Below, piece after piece: positions 26,701-39,082 of a DNA stretch of 64,000 bases. The notes under the pieces are model-generated. The model saw only the letters and a list, made by a program, of their open reading frames with translations, searched no databases and was not told the DNA's origin. The position numbers and the translations under genes are program-made. Location of the stretch: the NCBI RefSeq assembly GCF_021869535.1, contig NW_026262701.1:31806001-31870000 (forward strand), given 5' to 3'. The first letter of the stretch is position 1. Every line of letters begins with the position of its first letter. The stretch is from Mytilus californianus. Its lineage: Eukaryota.

Positions 26701-27764
26701 CAAAATGACAATGATACATAAATCAACAAAGGACTACTAGCAGTTACTGACATGTATATATATATGTAATTGTTCGTACCCCAAAATGAAAATAACTTCA
26801 CGTCATTGGTTGAATTTCCATTGTTTAGGACGTTTCTAACCAATCACGACGTTTTGGTGTACACTTTTGAAAATCGATTACCCAGAATGCATCAGATTCA
26901 GAAACGGCGCTAAAAATCGTGAACGTCGTCTAAAGTTAAATTTTACTGTATAATTTACAACATTCAGACTTCGTGGTAGTTCCCCATTAACTTCTCCAAG
27001 TGTAGGTTTATTAACACTTTTAAAAAGAAGAGCGAGAGAAGGGAATGAAAAAAAATTAAAAACATGTAAATTCTGATATGTCAGGAGATTCGGGGGAAAG
27101 TGGGTTGCTTTTGCTCCCACGCCTATATTCAATCTACCCAAACACAAAACCTGGAACCGCCTTAACCTTAGTGGTAGTCAAAATTGCAAACAGTATTTGA
27201 TGAGAACCTTAGAATTTCAATTCTCAAACATTGACATGTGTCTTTCGGATACCAACAGAGACTAAAATTAACCAGCACATGGGCCCCCGACTAGTTTGAG
27301 GGGGGACAAGGGGGATTCCAATAACAGCAAAACAGCAAATTGATTTGGCTTATAACTGATAACAAGGAATTGAAAAGGGATAAAAACAGATAACAGTAAA
27401 TGAATAATTAAAATCAGTCGGGTCCAGGACAAATCCAGTATATATCTTATTATAATCCTTTGTAATGAATTCCATTTTCTATGAACAATGTTTTTAGAGT
27501 TATATATCTAGAATTGGTTTACTCAATGTATGATAATATTTTTTTGTTTAATGGAATACTTTTTTCAGCATTTATTTTTGTACTTTTAAAGAAGCTCACA
27601 CATGCTTGTAATTTAAATAGTGAGTGTATTCTTAGAAAAGAATCACAGAGCTGAGTCTGTGTTCCTTATTATATAAAAAGTGTTTAGGTTAACTGGTCGT
27701 ATCTCGTATGGAACTAGGACTTAATTGCCATCCTCATCAGGTATCCCTGGCCATATGTTTTCCT

Positions 27765-29070
27765 TTTTGTCGAGTTCGCGACTTTTGTCGCAAAAGCGAG
27801 ACATAGTGATCACACATTCCGTCGGCGGCGTCGTCGTCAGAGGCATCCACAAATATTCACTCTGTGGTTAATGTTTTTAAAATTTGAATAACTTTCTTAA
27901 AACATCCTGGATTTCTACCAAACTTGGACAGAAGCTTGTTTATGATCATAAAATAGTACCCAGACGTAAATTTTGTAAAAAAAAATAATCCTATTTATCC
28001 GTATTTTACTTATAAATGGGCTTTGTTTTTCTGCCAGTTTACATTACATTCACTCTGTGGTTAAAGTTTTAAAAATTTTAATAACTTTCTTAAACTATCC
28101 TGGATTTTTACCAAACTTGGACCAAAGCTTGTTTATGATCAAAAGCTTGTATCAAGAAGGAAATTTTGTAAAAAAATATTTCTTGTATTTCCATATTTTA
28201 CTTATAAAATGATTGTATAAATGGACTTTAATAAGTTTTTCTTTCAGTTAACATTACATACAGTCTGCAGTTAAAGTTTTTAAAACATTCATTAGATTCA
28301 TAAACCATCCTGGATTTTTACCAAACTTGGACAGAAGCTTCTTACAATCAAAAGATAGTATCTAGAGGAAATTTGTATGCCCCCGCCGTAGCAGAGGGGG
28401 CATTAATTTTACCCTTGTCCGTCTGTACATGTGTCCGTTCGTACGTCCCAAAGTTGGTTTCCGTTCTCTAACTTCAGTTTGCCTCAACCAAATGTTATGA
28501 AACTTATACACAATGCTTATTACCACAAAATACAGATCAAGTTTGAATATTGGGGGCGTCACTTTAACCGTTATAGAGTTAACATATGCCCCTTCACAAA
28601 TAGAAAAAATGCTGATTTTTTTATTTCCGTTCTCTAACTTTAGTTTGCCTCAACCAAATGCTATGAAACTTGTACACAATGCTTATTACCACAAAATACA
28701 GATCAAGTTTGAATTTTGGGGTTGTCACTAAATTTTGTAGAGTTATGCCCCTTTACAAATGGAAAAATTGCTGAATTTTTCGTTTCCGTTCTCCGAGTAA
28801 ATTAAGTTTGCATCAACCAAATTTTATGAAACTTATACACAATACGTATTACCACAAAACTCAGATCAAGTACAAATTTGGGTAGGGTCACTTTTACTGT
28901 TCTTCAGTTATGTCCCTTTATAACTGTATATCATATGTAAGCGGGGGCATCATCTGTGTCCCATGGACACATTCCCCATTTATTTAATAACTTTTTACCC
29001 ATTTTGGTGCCTGCGACTAACATCAAAAGTAGGCGAGACACTAGTACTGGGTTCCTCGGAACCATTACGA
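27765..29070. mobile_element. HINE-like element with internal units of about 200 bp, interrupted by another HINE
   Basis: Start TTTTGTCGAG..GTCGCAAAAGCGAGACA plus (GTC)n; units at about 27858, 28051 and 28262; other end AAAGTAGGCGAGACAC..GGGTTCCTCGGAACC. Confidence 0.55.
28372..28982. mobile_element. Nested HINE-like element with units of about 155-160 bp
   Basis: ATGCCCC..GGGGCAT hairpin at the left end; GGGGCATCATC-TGTGTCC-CAT-GGACACA at the right end; GCCTCAACCAAATG units; T-rich flanks. Confidence 0.65.
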
Positions 29071-30960
29071 ATGTAATATTTTAAAAGAATTGTTCGAATT
29101 TAATATGCACATACAGGGAAACAAGGATCGTTATCCCTATACGTAAAAATCAAGATAATTCTAAATACGTGTTCATAGAAAAAGGAATTTATTACAAAGG
29201 ATAATAATAATATATACTGTAATGGTCCTGGACCCAACTAATATTAAAATGTTTATGTGATGATCTGTGTTTAAATATAAGAAGATGTAGTATGAGTGCC
29301 AATGAGACAACTCTCCATCCAAGTCACAATTTGTAAAAGTAAACCATTAATATAGGTCAAAGTACGGTCTTCAACACGGAGCCTTGGCTCACACCGAACA
29401 GCAAGCCATAAAGGACCCCAAAAATAACTAGTGTACTGTAAACCCATTCAAATGTCTATATGTTAATTGAATCCTTCTCCGAATACGGGACCACCATGTA
29501 ACTAGTGGAAAGATCCCAATTCAATTTCTACTGAAGTTTGGCTGTCAAAATGCTAACATTCCAATTTTCAATAACAGTTAACAGCAAATACATTCTCACA
29601 ATAACAGATAACAAAAAAACTAATACTCCAATAACAGCTAACAAGGAATAAGACAATAACAGCTAACAGCAAATATATTTTCAGAATAACAGATAACAAA
29701 GAATTAAATTGCCCCAAAACAGCATAACAGTTAAACCCCTTGCCCACCAACAGTATCATCGTCCTAGTACTGGTAATAAAGTCAAGATCAGTCAACTTGG
29801 TAAGATGCAAGTCATGAAATATTTGGAAATTACAATTCAAAAAACATCACCTGTTTAAAAATTTGGCTTTTAAAAAAGGAATATAAAGGAATTGCAAGAG
29901 TCGATTTAGCAAAATAGGTACCACTACCTGTTCAACATGCACACTCTGTACACAACAGGCGAAGTGTACAGTCCTGGAATTATTATGCAAGAAAATTCAA
30001 CACAGGACCATAACTTACTATATAGCCCGCACGGTTCGAAAAGGGTAGATTTCTACCAGTTATACATATAGTTTATACCATAGATGGGTTTATACATCTA
30101 TGTTTATACTTAAGTTGAATTTATCATAACATGTATATTGCTATCGGTGCGTAAAGTATACATCCGTATACTCTGGGAACAGTATAATATAAACAATATA
30201 CTATTTAATATCCTCGAACCGAGTCCTGTGTACTGACAAACATAGGCGGTCTTTTTTAAATGCATATTTTTATAATTGTCACCGGCGAGTCGAAATCCAC
30301 GTTCTGTATTTTGATCGTTCTACCTAATATTGATGACTCAATTTCATTCACTTCTGAATATTTTTCATGGATATAAATAAAACAAACTACCTAATATAAT
30401 AGTCAGTTTTTAGCATGGAAACTCAAGTTACAGACCTTCCAACTAACAGTGCCGAACCACAGTAAGTAAAACAGCTGACATCATCATACATGTACATTTA
30501 CACTGATTATGGAATCAAGTCAACTGATTTGTTATTATTCTCTTTAGAATTGGCTTTCAGGATACCTTTGATTATTCGATATGTTCATACATTTTTTATG
30601 GAAAGCTTTAGGATATTTTTAAAATTGTTTAGATAATTGGGTAGGATTTTGTCTAAAGAATTAAACCCGGCGGTTCTTGCACTTAAAGAAATAAATATTT
30701 GAATGTAACTAATAAGTCCATATAAAAAAAATTGCAAAATTAAAATATAAACTGACTCCATTTTGTCGTCAACGTTTTACAAAACAAAATTCTACAATTT
30801 GAACAAGTTTAATTTACTAATATATTATCACTTTAAAATATTGCACATACATGACATAAAATTAAAAAAGATCCTTGAGAATTAATTGCATATTTCAGTC
30901 ATATGTACATGGGGACAGGACAATTATTTACCACCTTTTTTGTGTGCAAAACCTGTTACA

Positions 30961-32494
30961 TTTAGCTCACCTGGCCAATAGGGCCAAGTGAGCTTTTCTG
31001 ATCACTTGGCGTCCGACGTCCGTCGTTCGTCATCCTTCATCTGTCGTCCGTCGTCGTCGTCGTCATCTGTGAACTTTTACAAACATCTTCTGAAACTACT
31101 AGGCCAAAGGAGTAGGCCCAGTAAGACCCCTTTTTGGCCCCAAAATATAGTAGTTTTACAAAATTGTTAAAAGGTAAATTTTTAGCGATTTATTGGAAAG
31201 AAGAATACTTCTGTTACATAAATATGGGCTGTTTTTGACAATACAATGCACATGTATCGGGTACTAGCATCATTAAGGCATGCTAAATTACTGAAATCTG
31301 CGAAATTTTAGCATTTTATTTAATCTTTAGACGGTTTCCGTCTGAAATGGAAGTGGCCGCATTTGTGTTCATTCTTAATATTTAAATGTAAGTTGTATTT
31401 GATGATAATACATAACATATATAAAGGTTGAGAATGAACACGGATGCGGCCACTTTCATTTTTGACAAAAACCATCTGAAAAGTGACATATTATGGCATA
31501 TTTGATAGATTTTTCATATTTAAGCTTGAAATTGGGCGTCTTTAATGACTAAATCAGTTCAAATCTTTCACATAAACTAATTGAATCGACTGAAGTAGAC
31601 ACTTAAGTGTTTAAAAAGTGTCCAAAATCTTTCATCAGATGAACTTGAATTTTGAGGCCAAATTCGGCCCTTACCGGACCTACTCCTTTAACATAACTTG
31701 ACCACAATCATCATTGGGGTATCTAGTTTAACAAATTTGTCCGATGACCCCGCCTGTCAACCAAGATGGCCAACATGGCTCAAAAAAGAACTTAGGGGTA
31801 ATGTGCAAGTTTTCTAAAAACCGTTATAAATAAATTAGACAAGAGCAGAAATGTTCAGAATGTTTAGCTCTACCAATTGTCCATATACGTCAAAACTGTC
31901 AGACGACTTCTTATAGGAGCTATTGGCTTTAAATGACAAATTTTTCCTTTTTTTTTATTCTTTTGCTCATATCTTGAAAACTATACTAGACAGAGAGAAA
32001 CATTAAAATGCAAAAATGATCAGCAAGACAAGTTTTACGAATAAGTCTGTGTGGTTGAAATCGTCAGTCGACTCCTTATTAGAGATATTGCCCTTTAATG
32101 ACGATTTTTACTATTTTTTTTTATTTTTTTGTTTTACCTCATATGATAAAAATTATAATAGATAAATAGATACTTTAAATAATTAAAACGATCAGCAAGG
32201 CAAGATCTACTATTCTAACAAGTAAAATTTTGCCGATATAGTTAGTAGACTGTCACTCTTTATAGGAGTGATTGCCCTTAAATGAGGAATTTTTTATACC
32301 CTCTTTTGTATTTTTAACAAAAGCTAAAGAAGATAGACAGAAACAAAACAAACTAAATGATCAGCAATAAAAGATCAACAAAACAGAGATTTTTGTCATG
32401 AATTCTATTCTCGTCTACAATGTGGGAGAGTATCCTTTGTTGAATATGCTCATAAACCAAGGTGAGCGACACAGGCTCTTTAGAGCCTCTAGTT
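30961..32494. mobile_element. Second copy of the same HINE-like family, opposite orientation, carrying a nested MITE
   Basis: TTTAGCTCACCTGGCC..GGCCAAGTGAGC hairpin plus a (GTC)n tract at one end; AGGTGAGCGACACAGGCTCTTTAGAGCCTCTAGTT at the other, with AGGTGAGC as a subterminal inverted repeat. Confidence 0.75.
31109..31686. mobile_element. Spy-like MITE (578 bp) inserted at AAA^TTT without a TSD
   Basis: TIRs GGAGTAGGCCCAGTAAG / CTTACCGGACCTACTCC; flanks ggccAAA and TTTaac. The joined flanks are colinear with the host unit seen at about 52390 (reverse complement) with no duplicated bases. Confidence 0.8.
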
Positions 32495-33999
32495 CTTTTT
32501 TGTCCGCTGTGGATATTAAACTAGGAATTGATAGTAAATGCATGTTAATTTTAATTTTATCGAAAATTTATGTTAATATATCACAGAAAAACGCGAAAAT
32601 AGTTGAAACTAAAAAAAAAATATTAACGGATTTTGGCAAAAAAAAGGGGAGAGGGCTAAACAAAATGTCCTTTCCCTAAGTACCTATGATTTCAGTTGGA
32701 TGTTAACAGATCCACATACCGATATGTATTGATCTCTGAGAAGAAAAAGAAATAAATATAGTAGTTATTTACACAATAAAGTCGGTATATGTTCGTCATA
32801 CTGTACATCATAGGTGACCCTACTTGACACGAACGATGTCGGGCGTTAGTTTTCGGTCAACGGGTCAGCTAGCTATTTGTATATGTATATAGAAATCGGA
32901 GGTGCGATGGGAACGCTGAAGTGATCAAAAACGCACTTCAGCGTCCAACTATCGCACTTCAGCGTGCCCATCGTGGTTCGGAGTACCATGGCGGTTCAGA
33001 GTCCTATGTATATAACTAACATATATAGCGATTTAATTGGTCAATAACTGTTTAAACACATGACATCCTCAATGTACATATAGGCTTCACAGATAAAAAA
33101 TTTTTCAAGCAAATAAGATTTTAAAGGAGGGTCACATTGTCATTCCACGAATCCTGGAAAATTTCTCCTGTATATAGAAAGAGGGAACTACGCCTCTACG
33201 TGATGTAAGGTTGGTTACTTTTTAGATTATTATTTTTCTGATTTTCCGGCACTTACCGTTTAATGGTCACGTCATTTGGAGAATTTTGTTTCAACGGCAG
33301 ACCTTAATTGAAGGCTTTTGTTAAATTTATTTAAAGTTTTTATATATAGTTTAGAAACAATTTAGAACTTGAATATTTTATCATGTTTATAGACACCTGA
33401 CTACAGTTGAAAACTGTATGGTATTTTTGTTGTTGGGTTGCTGTCACACTGATGTTTACCCCACATCTCCTTTTATTCATACAGTTTTAGTTCCGTTTGT
33501 TGTACTTCAAAATCTGTTCATTACAAATTATAAATTAAAGGGTTACTGAGCACATGGAGTACAGATAAGTGCTTTTCCCTTCTTTTTAAGAGAGAGAGGT
33601 GCCAAAATGTTTTGGACAATTTAGAATGGAATACGTCTTATTTTCCATTTTCAACTGTATCTTGCGACCAATTTTGAAGAAATGCTGCATTGTAAAACAA
33701 TATCAAAAAAAGTTCCTAGTTGTTTGTCGGATCCGTTCTCCCATCCACAACAAGCGTTTACAACCATTTTATCATGTTTATTTTATTTCGTATTTGGAAA
33801 CGGTGAAGTTTGTACAATTTGGTAAGTGTTTAACTATGCCATAATAGTAAGGCAAGAGAGCTTTTAAATTGTGCAGTATATCTGTTGCAGTTAAAATAAT
33901 TAGTCAGATTATAGCTCAGTAAGAACAAAGAGATTCTGCCTAATAGTATGTCATGTTAATAATAATTAATAAACAATTTAGTACAAATTTATAATAATC

Positions 34000-34090
34000 C
34001 ATCTTCGCTAGCCAAGGGTAACGATCCAGTCCCCTCCTCCCCACAGTGAAGAGGAGGGGACTGGATCGTAACCCTTGGCTAGCGAAGATG
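34000..34090. repeat. GC-rich near-perfect hairpin (40-bp arms, 11-nt loop)
   Basis: CATCTTCGCTAGCCAAGGGTAACGATCCAGTCCCCTCCTC, loop CCCACAGTGAA, then the reverse complement with 1 mismatch; ATAATAAT on both flanks. Confidence 0.92.
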
Positions 34091-35151
34091 ATAATAATGA
34101 TAAGCAGAAAAAAATCGTTTTAGTTCAGGTTTTGGTTTTATAGCTTCCAATCTACTAATGCACCATTGCAAGTCTTTCCGTGCATTCTCAATCAAGGTTA
34201 ATCAAGATTTTTTAAATGAATAAGATCATTTGTTTATTTGACATATGTGCTTACATGTCTGAGATGTTTGAAACCTTAAAGGAATCGGGATATGTTTGTA
34301 AAAGCAAATTGAGAAACTCTTTATAGCTGGTATACAACTTATTTTTTTGTAGGTAAAATGTAAAATGTGTGGAGACTGTATTCTTTCTATTATAAAGTCT
34401 TTACAAGTCACAAACATTATCTTGGCGTGAATCTTATTGCACACTTTAAGAATTAAGAGCTCCCTTCTGCCCTTGCAGTAAATACAGGGACGGAGGCGGA
34501 GGGGGCAGTACAAAAAGGAAATCATATTTAAAAAATCGTTATATTTACAGTGGGTCTTCATTTTATACATTATGGGTTATATGAAAAGAAGTAACCATTT
34601 CAATACACGTTTAATTATCGATACATTGTGACTAATTGTGTTATAATTGATTCTTTATTTTGTATATTTTATAATCCATGCTATAATAATTTAATTTAAC
34701 AGTTACTGTAATCATGGTAAATACTGAGGTTAACTATAAGAGTTGAATACATTATATTATAAGCTCGTTAGTTTTGTGAGATATCAAAAGCAAGTGACGT
34801 ATCATATTTTAAGCACATCTAACATCTAGTGCTTATTGATTCTATCAACAACTGCAAATATATAATTATAGTAAACACGACTGACCGAAATAAATATGAT
34901 GAGAATTGAACTATATATGTATACGAAAATTGCGAACTTATAAATGGTTGATTGATGTATGTGAACCGATAAAATTGTTGATTATGGTGATTTGCTCCCA
35001 CAATATATAATGCGCAAAATTAAATATTTTATCGTTAAAACCATTTTATCGCTTTACATCGAACATTAAAAAAATTTTCTCGATTCGCACGTTCCGTTCC
35101 GTTTATGTGCTTCTTTAAAACTAATGAAATTCCCAATGATTTAATATAAAA

Positions 35152-38100
35152 ATGTATCTCTGTTTCATTTACAACAGCCACTGTCAACAGCCAGAACAAA
35201 GATGTAGAAAGTTGCCAAAATGGAGACCAACATCCAAGGCAAAGTTAGCTGAAGTGGAAGACAAACTACTTAAAGGTATGACAACATAACATCAACTCGT
35301 GTGCACAATTCAAAAATTGTGATTTGCGTTTTATATGCTCCACTAATTTTAAAATCAGGATCATAAATATATATATAACTCAATCTTTCTGGAAAATATA
35401 ATCAATATCTGTCGGGCGCGGATCTAGGATTTGAGATTAGTCTGGGCGCGATCCTTCCGAATTGCTTCAAGCGTAGTGAATTGATGTAGTGATGCAATAC
35501 AAATGCAGAAATTGGAATTTCAATACATTAATTCCTTTTTTCATTTAGTATATACTGTCAACATCTTCATATTTTTTTTTTAAATAAATGATTTCATTCC
35601 GGTTTAAACATGTAAAAGTTTATATGATTACATATTTCTATAAAATGTTCAGCTTGATTTAAAAAAAAACATTGTTAATTTATTTTAGCGTATTTAAAGA
35701 TTCCATACACCACGAGAATGGTACAACTTTCAAATCCAAAACATCAATTATGGACAATTTCTATCAACGAAAACCATAGTGGAACACCTTTAGTTCTAGT
35801 ACACGGTATGGGCGGTGGAATTGGTCTGTGGGCAAAAAATCTCACAGAACTATCGAAAAATAGACCGGTATATGCATTTGATCTCATTGGTTTTGGTAAA
35901 AGTTCTAGACCAACACTAAGTTCAAATACAGAAAGGGCAGAGGACCAGTTTGTAGACTCTATTGAAGAATGGAGAAAGCAAATGAAACTGGAGAGGTTTA
36001 TTTTGCTTGGGCATAGTTTAGGTGGATATCTAAGTACAGCATACGCCTTGAAATATCCAGAGCGAATTCAGCATTTAATACCAGCAGATCCCTGGGGATA
36101 TCACGAAAAGCCACCAGAAACACAGATGCCGACACGATACAAAATCTTACTCGGGATCGGTAGTCTATTTTACCCAATGTCTTTTCTACGGGCTTCAGGA
36201 CCATTTGGTATGTATTGTAATATGAATTCGGCATCTCAGCAATTCGCCCACTGTTAAGCTATAAGTGATTATTTGAAGTATCGTAATTTAACACATTCAA
36301 AGACTTCTTGCAAATATCTAACTTCGAACGTGTTTCACTTTAAGAATAACATTTCACCCGATGTCTTTTCTATGTGCTTCAGGACCATTTGGTATGTAAT
36401 ATGAATTCGGCATCTCAGCAATTTGCCTACTGTTAAGCTATGTGATTATTTAAAGTATCGTAATTAACACATTCAAAGGCCTGTTGCAAATATCTTATTA
36501 AGCACTTGTTTCACTTTAAGAATATAATATTATTTTGGAAATAAGGGAAAACATGTGTTGATATCTTAATAATTATTGAGACTATATTTAAAATTGTACA
36601 CAGAGAACTGTTGTCAATTTTCAGGTCCTGGATTGGTGAAGAAATTTAGATCTGATATCCAGAACAAGTTTGCTGATGCCCTTACTGACGATACAGTCAG
36701 TAATTACATCTATCACTGTAATGCCAGAACGCCAAGGTAATTAAATCTGCCACTGTAATGCCAGATCGCCATGGTAATTACATATACCACTGTAATGCCT
36801 GAACGCCAAGGTTTATATATCTATCACTGTAATGCCAGAACGCCAAGGTAATTACATGTATCAATGTAATACTAGAACGCCAAGGTAATTACATCTATCA
36901 ATGTAATGCTAGAACGCCAATGTAATTACATCTATCAATGTAATGCCAGAATGCCTATGTAATTACATGTTTCACTGTTATGCAAGAACGCCAAGGTAAT
37001 TACATCTATCACTGTAATGCAAGAACGCCTATGCAATTATATGTTTCACTGTAATGCAAGAACGACAAGGTAAATATTCCTATCACTAATGACAGAACGC
37101 CTAGGTAATTACATGTTTCACTTTAATGCAAGAACGCCAAGGTAAATACACCGATCAATGGTAATGCCAGAACGCCTAGGTAATTACATGTTTCACTGTT
37201 ATGCAAGAACGCCAAGGTAAATACACCTATCACTGAAATGCCAGAACGCCAAGGTTATTACATCTTTGACACTGTTCCCTACATTCTCTCCCTTGTCTTT
37301 AAGAGACTAAATAAAACAAAAAGACACTTACAAATCTATAAACAAATTTGCATCAATCTATATTGTAATTTGCAAAAATTGAATGTTTTATATTAATGTG
37401 GAAAATTGTTGCAATTGAATGAACATAGAAATATTAGTAATTAAAACTTGCAATTTATTATTCATCTACAATATGTATAAGAATAGCATTAATTAAATAT
37501 ACATTATGTTTTATCGTTGAAGATTTGCATTATTAAATACACACATGATATTATTGATTTTGAATTAAATAATAGTATATTAATGGCTAGAAAGTTCATA
37601 ACACTCATTTCATGTTTCAGTGGCGAGATTGCGTTCAAGAGTATAAGTCTTGGACCATACATTTGGGCAAAAAATCCTATGATTACAAGGGCTGTCAATT
37701 TACCAAAGGAATTACCAGTGTCTATATTGTATGGATCTGAGTCCTGGATGGACAAAACAGCAGGGTACCAAGTACAGACTGAAAGGGATTCAAGTTATGT
37801 TACTGTACAGGTAAACATAAAGTTTAACGTCAAGTGTTTTCCCCCTTTAAAAATCTATTTTGGAGTTACAATTGTTGTTTCTAGCCATTTACGTATCACT
37901 TTTTGGATGGGGCGTTCTTTTTATTATCTTATTTATATTTTATTTATGTGTTATATTATGCCAAACAAACAGTTAGCTCTTTCGGTGCCCTGATGTAATC
38001 TACTCTGATACGCAGTCGCCGATATTATAGTGTAGGTTTCAATCATTTTAAAGGTGTAATTATTCAGTATTGTTTTACCTGTATCTGTGTTTTTGTTGTC

Positions 38101-39082
38101 TATTACACCATGGTTACAGATTTAAGCGTGTTTTTTTTCTGAACTAATCTTTATTGTACTTTCATTTCTAAATTTACCTTTGCTTGTTCCGCTACATCAT
38201 TTTAAAGTGAAAGATTTGCTGAAAAAAGTAACCCATCACATGCTCAAGTTCTGTGTCCCTACTTAGGTACTTCGTCAGTTGTTGCATGTCTATAACTACA
38301 CCATAACGTTGGTTACCTTTTCTTTAGGGAATTTTTTATTGTGGCAGTTCTAATTTATAGTCTCTGTTTAATCTATTCATAACTATAGTACGCATAATTT
38401 ATATCTTCATGTAGTACATAGAAACTTGTCCTTTGTTGAAGACCATATATGTGGATATATAGATGTCTTTTAGTGTTTTTTGTCTTTGGTTTCCGGTTGC
38501 AGTCTCATTGACGTATATCACATATCTCCTTTTATTCATAAATGTATCATTCCTTTCCATTAGAAGTCCAAAAGCAATCTTTTAATTAGATAAGATATAA
38601 CTTCAATATGAAAATAAGAAGGTGTGGTACAGTATGATTGCCAATGAGACCACTATCCACCTGAGGCTAGTGGACGAGGTTATAAACACCTAGGACACTG
38701 TACGGCCTTCAGTAATGAGCAAAACTCATTCCGTATAGTAAGCTAAAAAAAGTCTCCAAAAGACAAAATGTGAAGAGTTCAAAAGAAAAGAACCAATGCT
38801 ATGATTGATAGTAAAACAACGAGCAAAAAACAAATAAGGCAGACATGAACCTATGGTGGATTCTTTCAGTCTGACGAATATTTTAGTCATGCTATCAAAT
38901 TTATTTCATTTCAGAAAATCCCAGATGCAGGGCATCACGTTTATGCTGATAGATCTGATATATTTAATGTTGTTGTCTCAGAAATATGTAAAGCTGCAGA
39001 CCAGAACAGTGTTGTGTCACATGACAAACTTGAAGATATTATACAGAGCTTTGAAAGCACCAGTACAAAGCAAAGCACATGA
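35152..39082 (+). CDS. ABHD4: ABHD4/ABHD5-family alpha/beta hydrolase, copy B (diverged paralog, about 370 aa)
   Basis: Exons: 35178-35275 (..KWRPTSKAKLAEVEDKLLK; an in-frame ATG lies at 35152, or a phase-2 upstream exon is used), 35689-36207 (HGMGGG, GHSLG, DPWG), 36625-36736 (112 nt, same length as in copy A), 37621-37810 (SGEIAFK..YGSESWMD), 38915-39082 (DAGHHVYAD, stop). Intron positions and phases are identical to copy A. The start codon is uncertain. Confidence 0.9.
36172..36523 (+). repeat. 184-bp tandem duplication copying an exon end and donor of ABHD copy B
   Basis: ..GCTTCAGGACCATTTG|GTATGT occurs at 36207 and again at 36391, and the downstream intron sequence is also duplicated. 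Confidence 0.92.
36700..37276 (+). repeat. 37-bp minisatellite (about 15.5 units) derived from the exon 3' end and splice donor of ABHD copy B
   Basis: Unit GTAATTACATCTATCACTGTAATGCCAGAACGCCAAG; the first unit (36700-36736) is coding (NYIYHCNARTP). Units were counted directly; two are 35 and 38 nt. Confidence 0.96.

Noticed and set aside
31104-31691. TTAA-TSD (Kolobok/piggyBac) reading of the GGAGTAGG MITE
   Set aside because: The left flank is CCAA, the second copy has GCAA/TTGT, and the host repeat is restored only with no duplication.
35220-35252. ATG at 35220 as the start of copy B
   Set aside because: It is out of frame with WRPTS and stops after 10 codons.
36700-37276. CRISPR array (37-bp periodicity)
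   Set aside because: The units are contiguous with no unique spacers, derive from a host exon and lie in a eukaryotic intron; no cas genes are present.
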